DNA of 64,000 nt from Candidatus Eiseniibacteriota bacterium (GCA_903844735.1 CAIMUX010000080.1:18820-82819); one strand, 5' to 3'; positions 53,261 to 62,691 are shown, counted from the first letter of the stretch. Notes: generated from the letters alone by a model not told the origin. Made by a program: numbers and translations.

Positions 53261-53932
53261 ATGGATCCCGTCGAGATGCTCCTCCGCACGCTGGCCGTCT
53301 TCTTCACCATGGCCATCTTCTCCTTCCTCTGGAAGGACAACATGATCTACAAGTTCGCGGAGCACCTCGTAGTGGGGATCTCCATGGGGTACTGGTGTGT
53401 GATCCTCTACCAGACATCGTTCCTCTCCAAGATGTGGGGGCCGTTGACGCGGACGCTGGCCGGGCACCCCGAAGGGATGCCCGACCGACTCGTCTTTGTG
53501 CCGATCGCGCTGGGGCTCCTGCTATTCACTCGGTTCTTCCCGAAAATCTCGTGGCTGGCGCGCATCCCGATGGCGTTCATTCTCGGCGTAGGCTCTGGGG
53601 TGGCAATTCCTTTGGGGATCCAGGCCTCGGTGATCCAACAGATCCATCCCACGATGGCGGCGTTCCAACCGGCAACCTGGACCGGCGTCGGCTCGTGGTT
53701 CAACGCAATTCTGGTGCTGATGGGCGTGGTCTGCGGGCTAGCCTACTTCTTCTTCTCGGCGAAGCACACCGGGATCCTGGGCGGGATGTCGAAGATAGGG
53801 ATCTGGGTGCTCATGATCGGGTTCGGCGCCAGCTTCGGGTACACCGTGATGAGCAGGATCAGCCTGCTCTATGGCCGGGTGAACTACCTGGTGTTCGAGT
53901 GGGCAGGGCCGCTGGTGAGGGGACTGTTCTAG
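53261..53932 (+). CDS. cassette protein D, copy 1: ~223-aa 6-TM membrane protein, unknown family
   Basis: AGGAG RBS. Two-nt gap from protein C. Six hydrophobic segments. Confidence 0.55.
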   Translation: MDPVEMLLRTLAVFFTMAIFSFLWKDNMIYKFAEHLVVGISMGYWCVILYQTSFLSKMWGPLTRTLAGHPEGMPDRLVFVPIALGLLLFTRFFPKISWLARIPMAFILGVGSGVAIPLGIQASVIQQIHPTMAAFQPATWTGVGSWFNAILVLMGVVCGLAYFFFSAKHTGILGGMSKIGIWVLMIGFGASFGYTVMSRISLLYGRVNYLVFEWAGPLVRGLF

Positions 53933-53940
53933 CCGACCAT

Positions 53941-54714
53941 TCAACCCTTTCGGCTCACCACTGTCGCACCGGCCTGGCAGGTCGGCATCAGCACCATTTC
54001 CGCGACATTCATGTGGGCCGGACGGGTGATGGCGTAGACGACGGCATCCGCGACGTCATCTGGGGTCAATGGTGTGAGCCCCAGATAGACGCTCTTTGCC
54101 CTGGATTCGTCACCGTGGAACCGGACAAGGGAGAACTCGGTCTCCACCATGCCGGGGTCGACGGTCGTAACGCGAATTTCGGTGCCGTTCAAGTCGAGGA
54201 GCATCCCTTTTGAGATCGCCCGCTCCGCGAACTTTGATGCGCAGTAGACACTCCCTCCGGGGTACACCTCGCGGCCCGCGACGGAGCCGATGTTCACGAC
54301 ATGCCCGCGGTTTCGCACCACCATGCCGGGGATGACGGCACGGCTCACATAGAGCAGTCCCTTCACGTTCGTGTCGAGCATCTCCTCCCAGTCTTGGAGC
54401 AGTCCCTCGTGGAACTTGTTAAGTCCACGGGAGAGACCGGCGTTGTTGACGAGGATGTCGATGGCCGCCCACTCCGGCGGCAAGGCACGCACCATCGCCT
54501 CTACGTCCGGCTGCCTGCGGACATCGAGGGAAGAGGTCAGCACATCGAGGCCATGGGCGGCGCGGATCTCTTCGGCGAGAACGTCGACGCGGTCCAGGCG
54601 CCGAGCGGCGAGGAGGAGGCGGGCCCCTTCGACGGCGAGCGCGCGGGCGATGGAGCGGCCGATGCCGCTGCTGGCTCCGGTGACGAATGCCGTGCGGCCG
54701 TCGAGACGCTTCAT
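53941..54714 (-). CDS. short-chain dehydrogenase/reductase (classical SDR)
   Basis: TGASSGIGRSIA cofactor motif, NNAG, catalytic YCASKFA. Confidence 0.85.
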   Translation of the reverse strand: MKRLDGRTAFVTGASSGIGRSIARALAVEGARLLLAARRLDRVDVLAEEIRAAHGLDVLTSSLDVRRQPDVEAMVRALPPEWAAIDILVNNAGLSRGLNKFHEGLLQDWEEMLDTNVKGLLYVSRAVIPGMVVRNRGHVVNIGSVAGREVYPGGSVYCASKFAERAISKGMLLDLNGTEIRVTTVDPGMVETEFSLVRFHGDESRAKSVYLGLTPLTPDDVADAVVYAITRPAHMNVAEMVLMPTCQAGATVVSRKG

Positions 54715-54816
54715 GAACGGAACTCCTGTCTTTGGCGCCGTCAGATCCCGGCGGAGAGTGCGACGCGAGGCTGTCTGCTTCGTGATGGTTCCTGTCAGTC
54801 GTGGCGGATCCGGCGA

Positions 54817-56361
54817 TCAAGGCGGGTCGAGCGGTCCGCGGGCGCGAGCCCGGCCATCCAGCAGGGTGAAGGGGAGAACATCCTGACGCCGCTGCCGATC
54901 CTCAGAAGCAAGGACGTCCAGCAACGAGCGCTGATCCCACGTTTCTCGCAATCCACGCGTGACATCGAAGACCAGCGTGTCGACCGTGGCCGCGGCGCTG
55001 GCGGCATGGGCGTCGAGCGGAGTGCCGACCCGACCGCCCCGAGCTGGACTGCCGGAGGCGGGGCCGCCAACCGAGGAACCGGAGGAAGCGGCGGCGTGGC
55101 TCCCACCGGGATCACGGCCTCCAGCGGCCATGCCGCCGGGCGGTCCCGTGAGGCTGGCGTAGACATCGAACACGCTGATCTTTTCCGGGTTGCGTGCCGG
55201 GACCAGGATCATCTCGCGGCGACCGGTGGCGACCTGGTGAAGCACACCGCCGTCGACCAGTGTTTCGGCCACGGTGCGCACGAGGCGCAGCGGTAGTCTC
55301 AGCCGGCGCGCCAGGTTGGTCAGCTCCGGCGGGTCGAGCTCATCGCGGTAGCAGCGAACGGCCTCGAGCGCGACATGCATGCCGGCACGGAAGCGCTCCT
55401 CCAGTCCTGCCTTGGCGGCGCCGACCTCCAGCCGGAAATCCTGCGCCGCCTCGCGGGCGAACGCGAGCTGCGCGCCAAAGAGTACCACCAGCCAACTGAC
55501 ATAAACCCAGATGAGAAAAAACGGGACCGCAGCCAGGGCGCCGTAAAGGGTGCCATAGTGAACAGCGGTGCGCATGTAGGCGCCATACCCGAGCTTCAGG
55601 ATCTCCCAGAGCGTGCCCGCCACCAACCCGGCGGGCAGTGAGGCGCGCAGGCTAACCCGCACATTGGGCAGAATCGTGTATACCAGCGTGAAAGCGATGC
55701 CGGTGAGGAGCGCGGGCGCCAGTTGAAAGACGACGCCGAGGAGTGTCTCGAATCCGGTCGGGAAGGAAGCCAGCCAGTTCTGGAGCGCGAGAGTCTCGAG
55801 GCTGGCGGTGGCCGAGAGCGAGAGGCCGATGAGGATGGGCCCGAACACCACCAGGGTGGTGTAGATGGAAAACCGCTGGAAGAGCGAACGGCCGCGGTGT
55901 ACCCCCCAGATGTCGTTGAATGCCTGTTCCAGCGAGCCGAGCAGCCCGACGACAGCTCCGGCGAGCACCAGGATGGAGACCTCCCGGAAGGCCCCTCGAT
56001 CGGCCGCCGCGAAGAAGGACCGCAGCCACTCCTGCACTTGGCCCTGACTCCCCGGGGCCAAATTGACGACCAGGAAGTCCTCGACCTGCTGCCGCAGTCC
56101 TTCAAGGGCACCAAAGGCACGGAAGACCGAGAGAGCCAGGACGAGGACCGGCCCCAGGGTGAGGAGCGTCGTGAAGGTCATGGCCGAGGCGCGCAACTGG
56201 ATGCGTCCACGCGCCAGGCCGGTGGCGAAGATCACCGTCACTCGGAGCTGCCGGAAGGCCCATCGTTGCAGTCGCGAGACCGCCAAGATGTCGGGCTCCC
56301 AGATGCGGTGACGCAGGAGGTCGGTCGCATGTCTGCGCCAAGTGTGGATTCGTGCGTTCAT
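54817..56361 (-). CDS. YihY/BrkB family membrane protein with ~180-aa C-terminal extension
   Basis: YihY-type 6-TM core (…FTTLLTLGPVLVLALSVF…LYGALAAVPFFLIWVYVSWLVVLFGA…) followed by a soluble C-terminal domain and a G/S/A-rich tail. Confidence 0.7.
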   Translation of the reverse strand: MNARIHTWRRHATDLLRHRIWEPDILAVSRLQRWAFRQLRVTVIFATGLARGRIQLRASAMTFTTLLTLGPVLVLALSVFRAFGALEGLRQQVEDFLVVNLAPGSQGQVQEWLRSFFAAADRGAFREVSILVLAGAVVGLLGSLEQAFNDIWGVHRGRSLFQRFSIYTTLVVFGPILIGLSLSATASLETLALQNWLASFPTGFETLLGVVFQLAPALLTGIAFTLVYTILPNVRVSLRASLPAGLVAGTLWEILKLGYGAYMRTAVHYGTLYGALAAVPFFLIWVYVSWLVVLFGAQLAFAREAAQDFRLEVGAAKAGLEERFRAGMHVALEAVRCYRDELDPPELTNLARRLRLPLRLVRTVAETLVDGGVLHQVATGRREMILVPARNPEKISVFDVYASLTGPPGGMAAGGRDPGGSHAAASSGSSVGGPASGSPARGGRVGTPLDAHAASAAATVDTLVFDVTRGLRETWDQRSLLDVLASEDRQRRQDVLPFTLLDGRARARGPLDPP

Positions 56362-56501
56362 GAAGCCGCGATTCTAGCCGAAAGCCGAGCGCCGGGTCGA
56401 GCAGGGATGACGGGCGCGCGGGCAAGCCACACGGGAAGGGGCGGGTGGCGCCTCGTCGCCCGGCCCACAGCTCGGCGTCCTCCAGCCCGACGCCCGACGC
56501 C

Positions 56502-56528
56502 CGAAGTCCGAAGCCCGAAGTCCGAAGC
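56502..56528. repeat. tandem GAAGTCCGAAGCCCGAAGTCCGAAGCC (reverse complement of the GGCTTCGGACTTCGGGCTTC box)
   Basis: Sits in the divergent spacer between YihY and the second FGE lipoprotein gene. Related to the box inside the 6-kb and 59.9-kb elements. Confidence 0.4.
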
Positions 56529-56625
56529 CGGTCTTATTCCTTCCAAGCTCCGAACCTCAGGCCTCTTTGCGGTCCTTGCACCAACGCGATCCTCCCGTAG
56601 AATCTCGACAGGAGGTGTGCCGCCC

Positions 56626-58566
56626 ATGAGACGACTCTTTGCAACCACGGTCATCGTGATGGCCCTGGCCGGCTGTGGCGGTGACAAGCCGCTCATCAAG
56701 TTCGTCAACACGCCGCCGGAAGCGGCGCTCACTGCCGACCCGGACACCCTGGCCTTGGCAGACAGCTCGATTGTCACCTGCCTGGTCGGCGATCCCGACT
56801 CGGATGTCCTTACGTTTCGTTGGAGTGCCAGCGCCGGGCGCTTCATCCGGCGCGATCCGTCGATGTCACAGGTTTCCTGGATCGCCCCGGCCGTGGAAGG
56901 CGTGGACACCATCCGCGTCACGGTTTTCGACAACACCGACTCGGTCGAGGCTGTGGTGTGTGTGACGGTGGTCGGGCACACCGGCACGGTCCTCGGCGTC
57001 GTGAAAGATGGGACATCCGGAGAGGGCCTGGCCGGCGCGCGGCTCGAGATCGCCGGGCGAGTCGGAACCTCGGGCATCAAGGGCTTCTTCCGTCTCGAGC
57101 TTGTGCCGCCGGGTGTCGACACCCTCCATGCCACACGAGATGGGTACGAGCCATATGCCCAGCTCCTGCCCGTGCGGGAGGGAACGAACGAACTGGAAAT
57201 TCCGCTGCAGCGGGCCGCGCCCAGGGCGCGCCTTTTCGGCGAGGTGACCAATGGCCACGGTCAGGCCGTGGCCGGCGCCGTCTGCGGCGTGGGGGAGGAC
57301 GAAGTATCTACCGACGCCACGGGACAGTATGACTTTGCCGGGGTGCCGGTGGGTCTTCGGGTGCTGCGGGTTCGGGCTGATGGATTCTACCCGTTTCAGG
57401 ACACTGTGGATGTCCAGCAGCCGGAAGTCCGATTCGACATCGTCCTGCACGCGGCGCCGCCTGCTCCCCCCGAGGGACAGCTCACGGTGACGAAGCTTGC
57501 CGACTATCGGCTGCGGGTAAGCTGGGTCCCGCAAAATCCGTCCGCGGCGATCGCCGGCTTCAACCTCATCATGATTGCGAGCGGCGAGAGCCAGGGGTTG
57601 CCGGAGCCAGTTCCCGGCGGGCCGCTTCTTCGAAGCGGCGGCACTCGAGAGGTGATAGGAGCCGAGGACGGCCGGTACCGGTTCGCCGTGGCCGCCGTGA
57701 GGAGCGACGGGGTGGTGGGGGCGGCCACGCCTTACACCCCGATCGCCGTGCTCACACAGCCGAGCTCTCTGGTAAACGTGCCGGCGGGGCCGGTGATCAT
57801 GGGTTCCTATCCCGGTGACTATGGCAGCGAGGTGCATCCGGGAAACCCGATTCAGGTCCAGGCCTTCGCCATCGAAGCGCGTGAGGTGACCAATCGCCAG
57901 GTCGTGGCTTTCCTTGTAGAAGCGCTGGCGCAAGGCCTCGTGCAGGTAGGCGACCTCGCGGTGCGGGCCGGTGCGGATACGCTGCTCTTCTTCTCGGGGA
58001 GCCAGGTTGACCGCGACCCGCTCAACGACGGTTTCTCCGTGCCTCCGGGGTTGAAGGACTACCCGGTGACGGGCATCACCTGGTTCGGCGCCGACGCTTA
58101 TGCTCGCTGGTATGGGCGGCGGCTGCCGAAGGAATCTGAGTGGGAGAAGGCGGCACGCGGCACAGCCGATTCCACCGGTATCTACCCAGGGACCACGGTT
58201 GGCGTGGGAACGATGTATCCGTGGGGCAGGGCGCTGCCGTCCGTGGAGCGCGCCAACTGCCAAAGCCTCTTCGGTGGAAAGCGACCGGTCGGCTCTTTCC
58301 CTGACGGCGCGGCGCTGTGGTGGGGCACGCCGGTCTATGACCTCGCGGGGAATGTCTGGGAGTGGTGTGACGACTGGTTTGCGGCGTACGCCAACCCGCA
58401 CCAGCCTCCGGCAATCGGGTCGCGCAGAGTGGTGCGCGGCGGCGCCTGGGATGGCTCGGACGCGGAGATCCGGGTCGGCCACCGGTGGTTTGTCGCGCCC
58501 GCGCTGAAAAGCACCAAGATCGGTTTTCGGTGCGCTGCGGACCCGGCGAAGGATGCGCCGGGCTAG
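56626..58566 (+). CDS. lipoprotein with Ig-like/CarboxypepD_reg-like and FN3-like domains and C-terminal FGE-sulfatase domain; GldJ/GldK/PorK-like
   Basis: Lipobox LAG-C. GGAGG RBS. Two beta-sandwich modules (GTVLGVVKDGTSGEGLAGARLEI… / LFGEVTNGHGQAVAGAVCGV…). FGE-sulfatase motifs (YPVTGITWFGADAYARWYGRRLPKESEWE…RVVRGGAWD). Confidence 0.8.
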   Translation: MRRLFATTVIVMALAGCGGDKPLIKFVNTPPEAALTADPDTLALADSSIVTCLVGDPDSDVLTFRWSASAGRFIRRDPSMSQVSWIAPAVEGVDTIRVTVFDNTDSVEAVVCVTVVGHTGTVLGVVKDGTSGEGLAGARLEIAGRVGTSGIKGFFRLELVPPGVDTLHATRDGYEPYAQLLPVREGTNELEIPLQRAAPRARLFGEVTNGHGQAVAGAVCGVGEDEVSTDATGQYDFAGVPVGLRVLRVRADGFYPFQDTVDVQQPEVRFDIVLHAAPPAPPEGQLTVTKLADYRLRVSWVPQNPSAAIAGFNLIMIASGESQGLPEPVPGGPLLRSGGTREVIGAEDGRYRFAVAAVRSDGVVGAATPYTPIAVLTQPSSLVNVPAGPVIMGSYPGDYGSEVHPGNPIQVQAFAIEAREVTNRQVVAFLVEALAQGLVQVGDLAVRAGADTLLFFSGSQVDRDPLNDGFSVPPGLKDYPVTGITWFGADAYARWYGRRLPKESEWEKAARGTADSTGIYPGTTVGVGTMYPWGRALPSVERANCQSLFGGKRPVGSFPDGAALWWGTPVYDLAGNVWEWCDDWFAAYANPHQPPAIGSRRVVRGGAWDGSDAEIRVGHRWFVAPALKSTKIGFRCAADPAKDAPG

Positions 58567-59032
58567 GAAAGCGAGCGGATTCGATGTCGGAGCAGAGCGC
58601 CTGTGAATCATGCGGGTTTGGCCGCGCAGCGAATCGAAGGAGAAAAGTGTGAGGGTCCGGGGCTCCGGCGTTTGACTCAGTCGCGCGAAGCGGATGCTGA
58701 CCTCGGGGGCGGCGCCTTTCGATGTGTGCCCTGCTGCGTATCCCAGCCTGCCCCAGTGGAGGTGTCGATACCACGGACCCTCAGCTCGACCGAACGCGGA
58801 GCATTTGTCTCTCGCGTTCAGTCCCTAGATCGGTTCGGGCTGGGCATCACTTGAGCCTCCCGTGCGATGAAAACGAAGAGGATCCCGAGTGGCGAACGAA
58901 AGAAGCCGGGCTTGCGGTGAACGGCAGTGCATCGTGCGTGCGGGTCGTGCTGCATGCACGAAGGGTGGCTGCGCGCCGTCAGCCCGGAGTGGCGGATTCG
59001 GAGTCGTAGCAGAGCGGAAGGAACAATGCGGG

Positions 59033-59788
59033 TCAGCCCGCCACCGTCCCCCCGAGGTGCCGCCGCATCGTGGCCAGCGCCAGGGAGAGGTGCTTCTCCA
59101 ACCCGTCGATTGGCTCATCCGCGGGCTCGAAGATGACGAAGAGAAGCCCGGTGGTCGCTTCGGTAACTCTCGTGCGGGCGGAATCGGCCGAAGGGTTGCC
59201 GAAAGGACCGAGGCGGTCAAGGAGCGCGGGGCGTCCCTCTAGGTGGATCATCTCCTTGCCGATGCCGGGGTATTCCTCGGTCGCCGTCCCCAGCCGTAGA
59301 GTGACCACCGAGACGCCTGGATCGGGACGACCGTTCGCTTCGCTCGCGTCCACCGGGTGGACCTTGTCCGCGTCGTAGAGCCCCACCGGTCGCAGAATCG
59401 ACATCGAGGCCAGGTTCGCCGCGTCGACCGCTGTGTTAACGCGCGCGAGTCCCTTCCCCTGAAGGACACGCCGGACCAGCGCCTCCGATGAGGGACGCAC
59501 TTTGGAGGGGTCGAGCCCACAGGCGTGATACATCCGCCGTGCAGCGGAGAAGGCCGGCAAGGCCGCGGCCGGGTCCGGGTAGTGCGCCATCAACTCGCCG
59601 CCGCGGGTGGACAGCTCTTGCTGCAAGGCGTCCGATTTCGGGCGAACGGTCACACCCTGAAGCGCGAACCAGGTGGGGTGGATGCGGTCGGCCAACAGGT
59701 TCCGGATGATCCAGTGCACGGGGCCTCCTTGGACGGGACGGTAGGATCTGACCTGGGTAGTTGTACGACCTTCCGCCGCCGTGGTCAA
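59033..59788 (-). CDS. B3/4 domain-containing protein
   Basis: Similarity to the B3/B4 tRNA-binding-like domain (…RPSSEALVRRVLQGKGLARVNTAVDAANLASMSILRPVGLYDADKV…VVTLRLG…GKEMIHLEGRP…). Confidence 0.55.
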   Translation of the reverse strand: MTTAAEGRTTTQVRSYRPVQGGPVHWIIRNLLADRIHPTWFALQGVTVRPKSDALQQELSTRGGELMAHYPDPAAALPAFSAARRMYHACGLDPSKVRPSSEALVRRVLQGKGLARVNTAVDAANLASMSILRPVGLYDADKVHPVDASEANGRPDPGVSVVTLRLGTATEEYPGIGKEMIHLEGRPALLDRLGPFGNPSADSARTRVTEATTGLLFVIFEPADEPIDGLEKHLSLALATMRRHLGGTVAG

Positions 59789-59899
59789 CCCGCCAAGTCA
59801 ACCCAGCGAGAACTCCGGGCGCGCCGGCGGATGTCTCTCCCCACGGCGAGGACGGCCCGCCCACCGGCGGGGGGTATCTCCTTGCTGCAGACCACGCAT

Positions 59900-60019
59900 C
59901 TGAGATTCAGAGGCTTCGGACTTCAACTCTCGGCCACCAGAAACGGCTTGACGCTCTCCGGCCCGAAGCCCGAGGCCTGAAGCCCGATGCCAGTCAAATT
60001 CGTTCCCTCCGAATCTCAG
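59900..60019. promoter_or_regulatory. conserved non-coding element copies 2 and 3 in the divergent spacer between the B3/4 gene and the TSUP gene
   Basis: Minus-strand copy TTCGTTCCCTCCGAATCTCAG at 59999–60019 plus CCAGAAACGGCTTG at 59936–59949, oriented toward the B3/4 gene. Plus-strand partial copy CTGAGATTCAGAGGCTTCGGACTTC at 59900–59924, oriented toward TSUP. Confidence 0.5.
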
Positions 60020-60120
60020 CACGCGCACAAGCGGTGGTATCTCCGAGCCTGACCCGCTACGATGGGGCGTTCGCCGCAAAAACCGCGGCCGACGGTCGTT
60101 GGCAGATGCAGTGAAGGCAG

Positions 60121-60915
60121 ATGAACACTCTTACCGCCCAGAATCTCCACTGGTTTCTCTTCTCCGGGGCGGCCGCCGGCTTCTTCGGCTCGATTCTGGG
60201 CGTGGGCGGCGGGATCATTCTTGTCCCTCTTCTGGTGCTCGTTTTTCATATCCCGATGCACTTTGCGATCGGGACCAGCATCATGACGGTCATCGCTACG
60301 TCGAGCATGGCCGGGACGTTCAACCTGGAACGCGGTACCGTGAACATTCGGCTCGGGATGGTCCTCGAGGTGGCGACCGCCATCGGCGCGCTCTTCGGCG
60401 GGACGCTCGCCGGGCTCGTCCGGGGAGACGTCCTAACTGTGGTCTTCGGAGGCATACTCCCGCCCATCGCCTGGCTGATGTGGCGAAAAGGGAACGAACG
60501 GCGTCCGGCTGGACCGATCTCGGAAACCGACTACCAGATGCGCCGCCTGCCATTAGCGATGGGGATGTCGCTGGGCGCAGGGACGGTCTCCGGACTTCTT
60601 GGCATTGGTGGCGGGATCATCAAGGTTCCGGTCATGACAGTCTTTTGCGGCATTCCGGCGAAGATCGCCACGGCTACTTCGACGTTCATGATCGGTGTGA
60701 CCGCGGTGGCGAGCGCCTTCCTCTATTTCGGACGCGGGCAGGTTCGGCCCGCCATGACGGCAGTGGTGGTGTTGGGCGTGCTGGGGGGCAGCGCCACCGG
60801 CACCCAGGTGGCGAAGCGACTCCACAGCAACCATCTCATCAGGCTCTTCGCGGTTCTGTTGAGCCTTGCGGCGGTACAGATGGTGTATCGCGGCATCAAG
60901 GGGTTGACCCATTGA
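60121..60915 (+). CDS. TSUP (TauE/SafE) family anion exporter
   Basis: Two-repeat 4+4 TM architecture with GxGGG motifs (ILGVGGGIILVPLL / LLGIGGGIIKVPVM). Confidence 0.85.
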   Translation: MNTLTAQNLHWFLFSGAAAGFFGSILGVGGGIILVPLLVLVFHIPMHFAIGTSIMTVIATSSMAGTFNLERGTVNIRLGMVLEVATAIGALFGGTLAGLVRGDVLTVVFGGILPPIAWLMWRKGNERRPAGPISETDYQMRRLPLAMGMSLGAGTVSGLLGIGGGIIKVPVMTVFCGIPAKIATATSTFMIGVTAVASAFLYFGRGQVRPAMTAVVVLGVLGGSATGTQVAKRLHSNHLIRLFAVLLSLAAVQMVYRGIKGLTH

Positions 60916-61307
60916 TGGAGAAGAAGAGCCTCCTCGACAGGATCTATCGCGAAGTCGACGCCCGGGCCAGCCAGGGAGACCACGCCGAGAAGCCGGCCCG
61001 CCGAGCCCTACTCACCGGGGTCTTCTTGAGTGCCGCGATGCTTGCGGTGGGTCTATGGATCGTGTGGATCCGGCAAGAGGCGCGGCCCAACGAGCCACCG
61101 GCGCTGTCGGAGATCACGCGCGGGCTTCAGCAGGGGCGCGGCACCTCTCTTCTCTACGCAGGTCTGCTGTTTCTCGCGGCCACGCCGATCCTGCGGGTGG
61201 TGGTGATGGTGGGCGTGTATCTCCGTCGCCGCGAACTCTTCATGGCTGCGGTCTCGATCATCGTTCTCGGGCTGCTGGCGGTCGGCGTGCTGATGGGGTC
61301 CGGGTGA
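60915..61307 (+). CDS. DUF1634 membrane protein (usual TSUP partner)
   Basis: Start ATG overlaps the TSUP stop (TGATG). Three predicted TMs. Sequence characteristic of DUF1634. Confidence 0.65.
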   Translation: MEKKSLLDRIYREVDARASQGDHAEKPARRALLTGVFLSAAMLAVGLWIVWIRQEARPNEPPALSEITRGLQQGRGTSLLYAGLLFLAATPILRVVVMVGVYLRRRELFMAAVSIIVLGLLAVGVLMGSG

Positions 61308-61452
61308 GGGCGGCTCGACCGGCGGCTTGGTTGGCGGCGCCATTGGCAGATCGGTTCGTTGCCAGATGCGCTGTTTCGCGGGTATCCTATGTGGGGCCGG
61401 CGCGCCAGCGGGCGACGCGGGGACCGGGAGAAACGGCGGGAAGGTCACGACC

Positions 61453-61461
61453 GGGGGGGGG
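61453..61461. repeat. G9 homopolymeric tract in the 5' leader of cassette copy 2
   Basis: gaccGGGGGGGGGccgATG; 3 nt upstream of the ATG. Confidence 0.6.
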
Positions 61462-61464
61462 CCG

Positions 61465-62691
61465 ATGGGGGAGATAGTTGCGACGCTGACCGCCCGTCGT
61501 TCGTTCGTAGGTTCGCTCTGCTTTCTCGCAGTGCTGTCTCTGTTCCTCCTGCCGGCATCGGCCTGGGCTGTGGAGCCGGCCTTGGACCTCACCGTGAAGG
61601 ACAAGCCACTCGACGCGGGCGAGGTGCTCAAGATCGCATTCAGCCGCGCGTCCGGTGATTCCCTCGGCCGCACGGGGATCGTCCGTTACGAGCTGCTGCG
61701 GCAAGCCCCGGGCGAGGCGGTCTTCAAGGTTGCTCGCTCCTTTGCCGCCAGCCAGAGGCTCGGCCGGTTCACGTACGACGACACCGGGCTCAAGCCAGGG
61801 AAGCACTACCAGTACAAGGTCCGCACCGTCGGCGCTGATGGCTTTACCGCCGAAACCGCCCCCTGCCCACCCACAGCGCCGCGGCGGCAATGGTTCTTCA
61901 CCAACAAGCTCAATACCCTTGTGGCCACGGCGATCTTCTGCGCCTTTGTTCTCGGCTTCATCCACGCGGCACGCCGGGGGCGGCCGATGTTCATTCGCCG
62001 CATCGCCGGACTTGACGCCATCGACGAGGCGGTCGGCCGCTGCACCGAAATGGGCAAGCCGACGCTGTATGTTCCGGGTATCAGCACGATATCGGACGTG
62101 GCCACCATTGCCAGCCTGAACATTCTCGGGCAGGTGGCGAAGAAGATAGCCCAGTACCAGACTCGCATTCTCGTGCCCAATCGGGACCCCATCGTCTTCC
62201 CGGTGGCCCAGGACGTGGTGAAGGAAGCGTTCATCGAGGCCGGCTATCCCCACAACTACCGAAGTGATGACGTTTACTTTGTCACCAACGATCAGTTCGC
62301 CTACGCTGCCGCCGTCTGCGGCACCATGGTGCGCGAGAAGCCCGGGGCCAACCTCTTCCTCGGCATGTTCTACGCCGAATCGCTGGTGCTGGCGGAGACC
62401 GGCGCCTCGGTGGGGGCGATTCAGATCGCCGGCACCGACGCCATCTCGCAGTTGCCGTTCTTCGTGACCGCTTGCGACTACACCATCATCGGTGAGGAGC
62501 TCTACGCAGCCAGCGCCTACATCGGGCGTGAGCCGACGCTGTTGGGCACACTCAAGGGGCAGGACCTTTTCAAGATGGTCTGCCTCGGGGTCATCTGCCT
62601 GGGGGTTCTCCTCATGACACTCGGGGTGATTTTCCGGGGCAAGCCCTACGACGACATCCTTCAGCTCATCACCGTAAGGTCCGGGTCATGA
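61465..62691 (+). CDS. cassette protein A, copy 2 (paralogue of 50547–51797)
   Basis: Signal SLCFLAVLSLFLLPASAWA. FN3-like segment. Same conserved core (FIRRIAGLDAIDEAVGRCTEMGKP.LYVPG… AGTDAISQLPFFVTACDYTIIGEELYAAS). G9 tract immediately upstream. Confidence 0.6.
   Translation: MGEIVATLTARRSFVGSLCFLAVLSLFLLPASAWAVEPALDLTVKDKPLDAGEVLKIAFSRASGDSLGRTGIVRYELLRQAPGEAVFKVARSFAASQRLGRFTYDDTGLKPGKHYQYKVRTVGADGFTAETAPCPPTAPRRQWFFTNKLNTLVATAIFCAFVLGFIHAARRGRPMFIRRIAGLDAIDEAVGRCTEMGKPTLYVPGISTISDVATIASLNILGQVAKKIAQYQTRILVPNRDPIVFPVAQDVVKEAFIEAGYPHNYRSDDVYFVTNDQFAYAAAVCGTMVREKPGANLFLGMFYAESLVLAETGASVGAIQIAGTDAISQLPFFVTACDYTIIGEELYAASAYIGREPTLLGTLKGQDLFKMVCLGVICLGVLLMTLGVIFRGKPYDDILQLITVRSGS

Noticed and set aside
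55723-56625. 5' extension of the second FGE lipoprotein ORF (track gives 55723–58566)
   Set aside because: The extension overlaps the YihY gene on the opposite strand and has no signal peptide. A canonical lipoprotein start (MRRLFATTVIVMALAGC) with a GGAGG RBS lies at 56626.
60099-61307. 402-aa ORF spanning the TSUP gene in another frame
   Set aside because: It reads out of frame with the well-supported TSUP gene. Only its last 130 aa (the DUF1634 protein starting at ATG 60915) are real.
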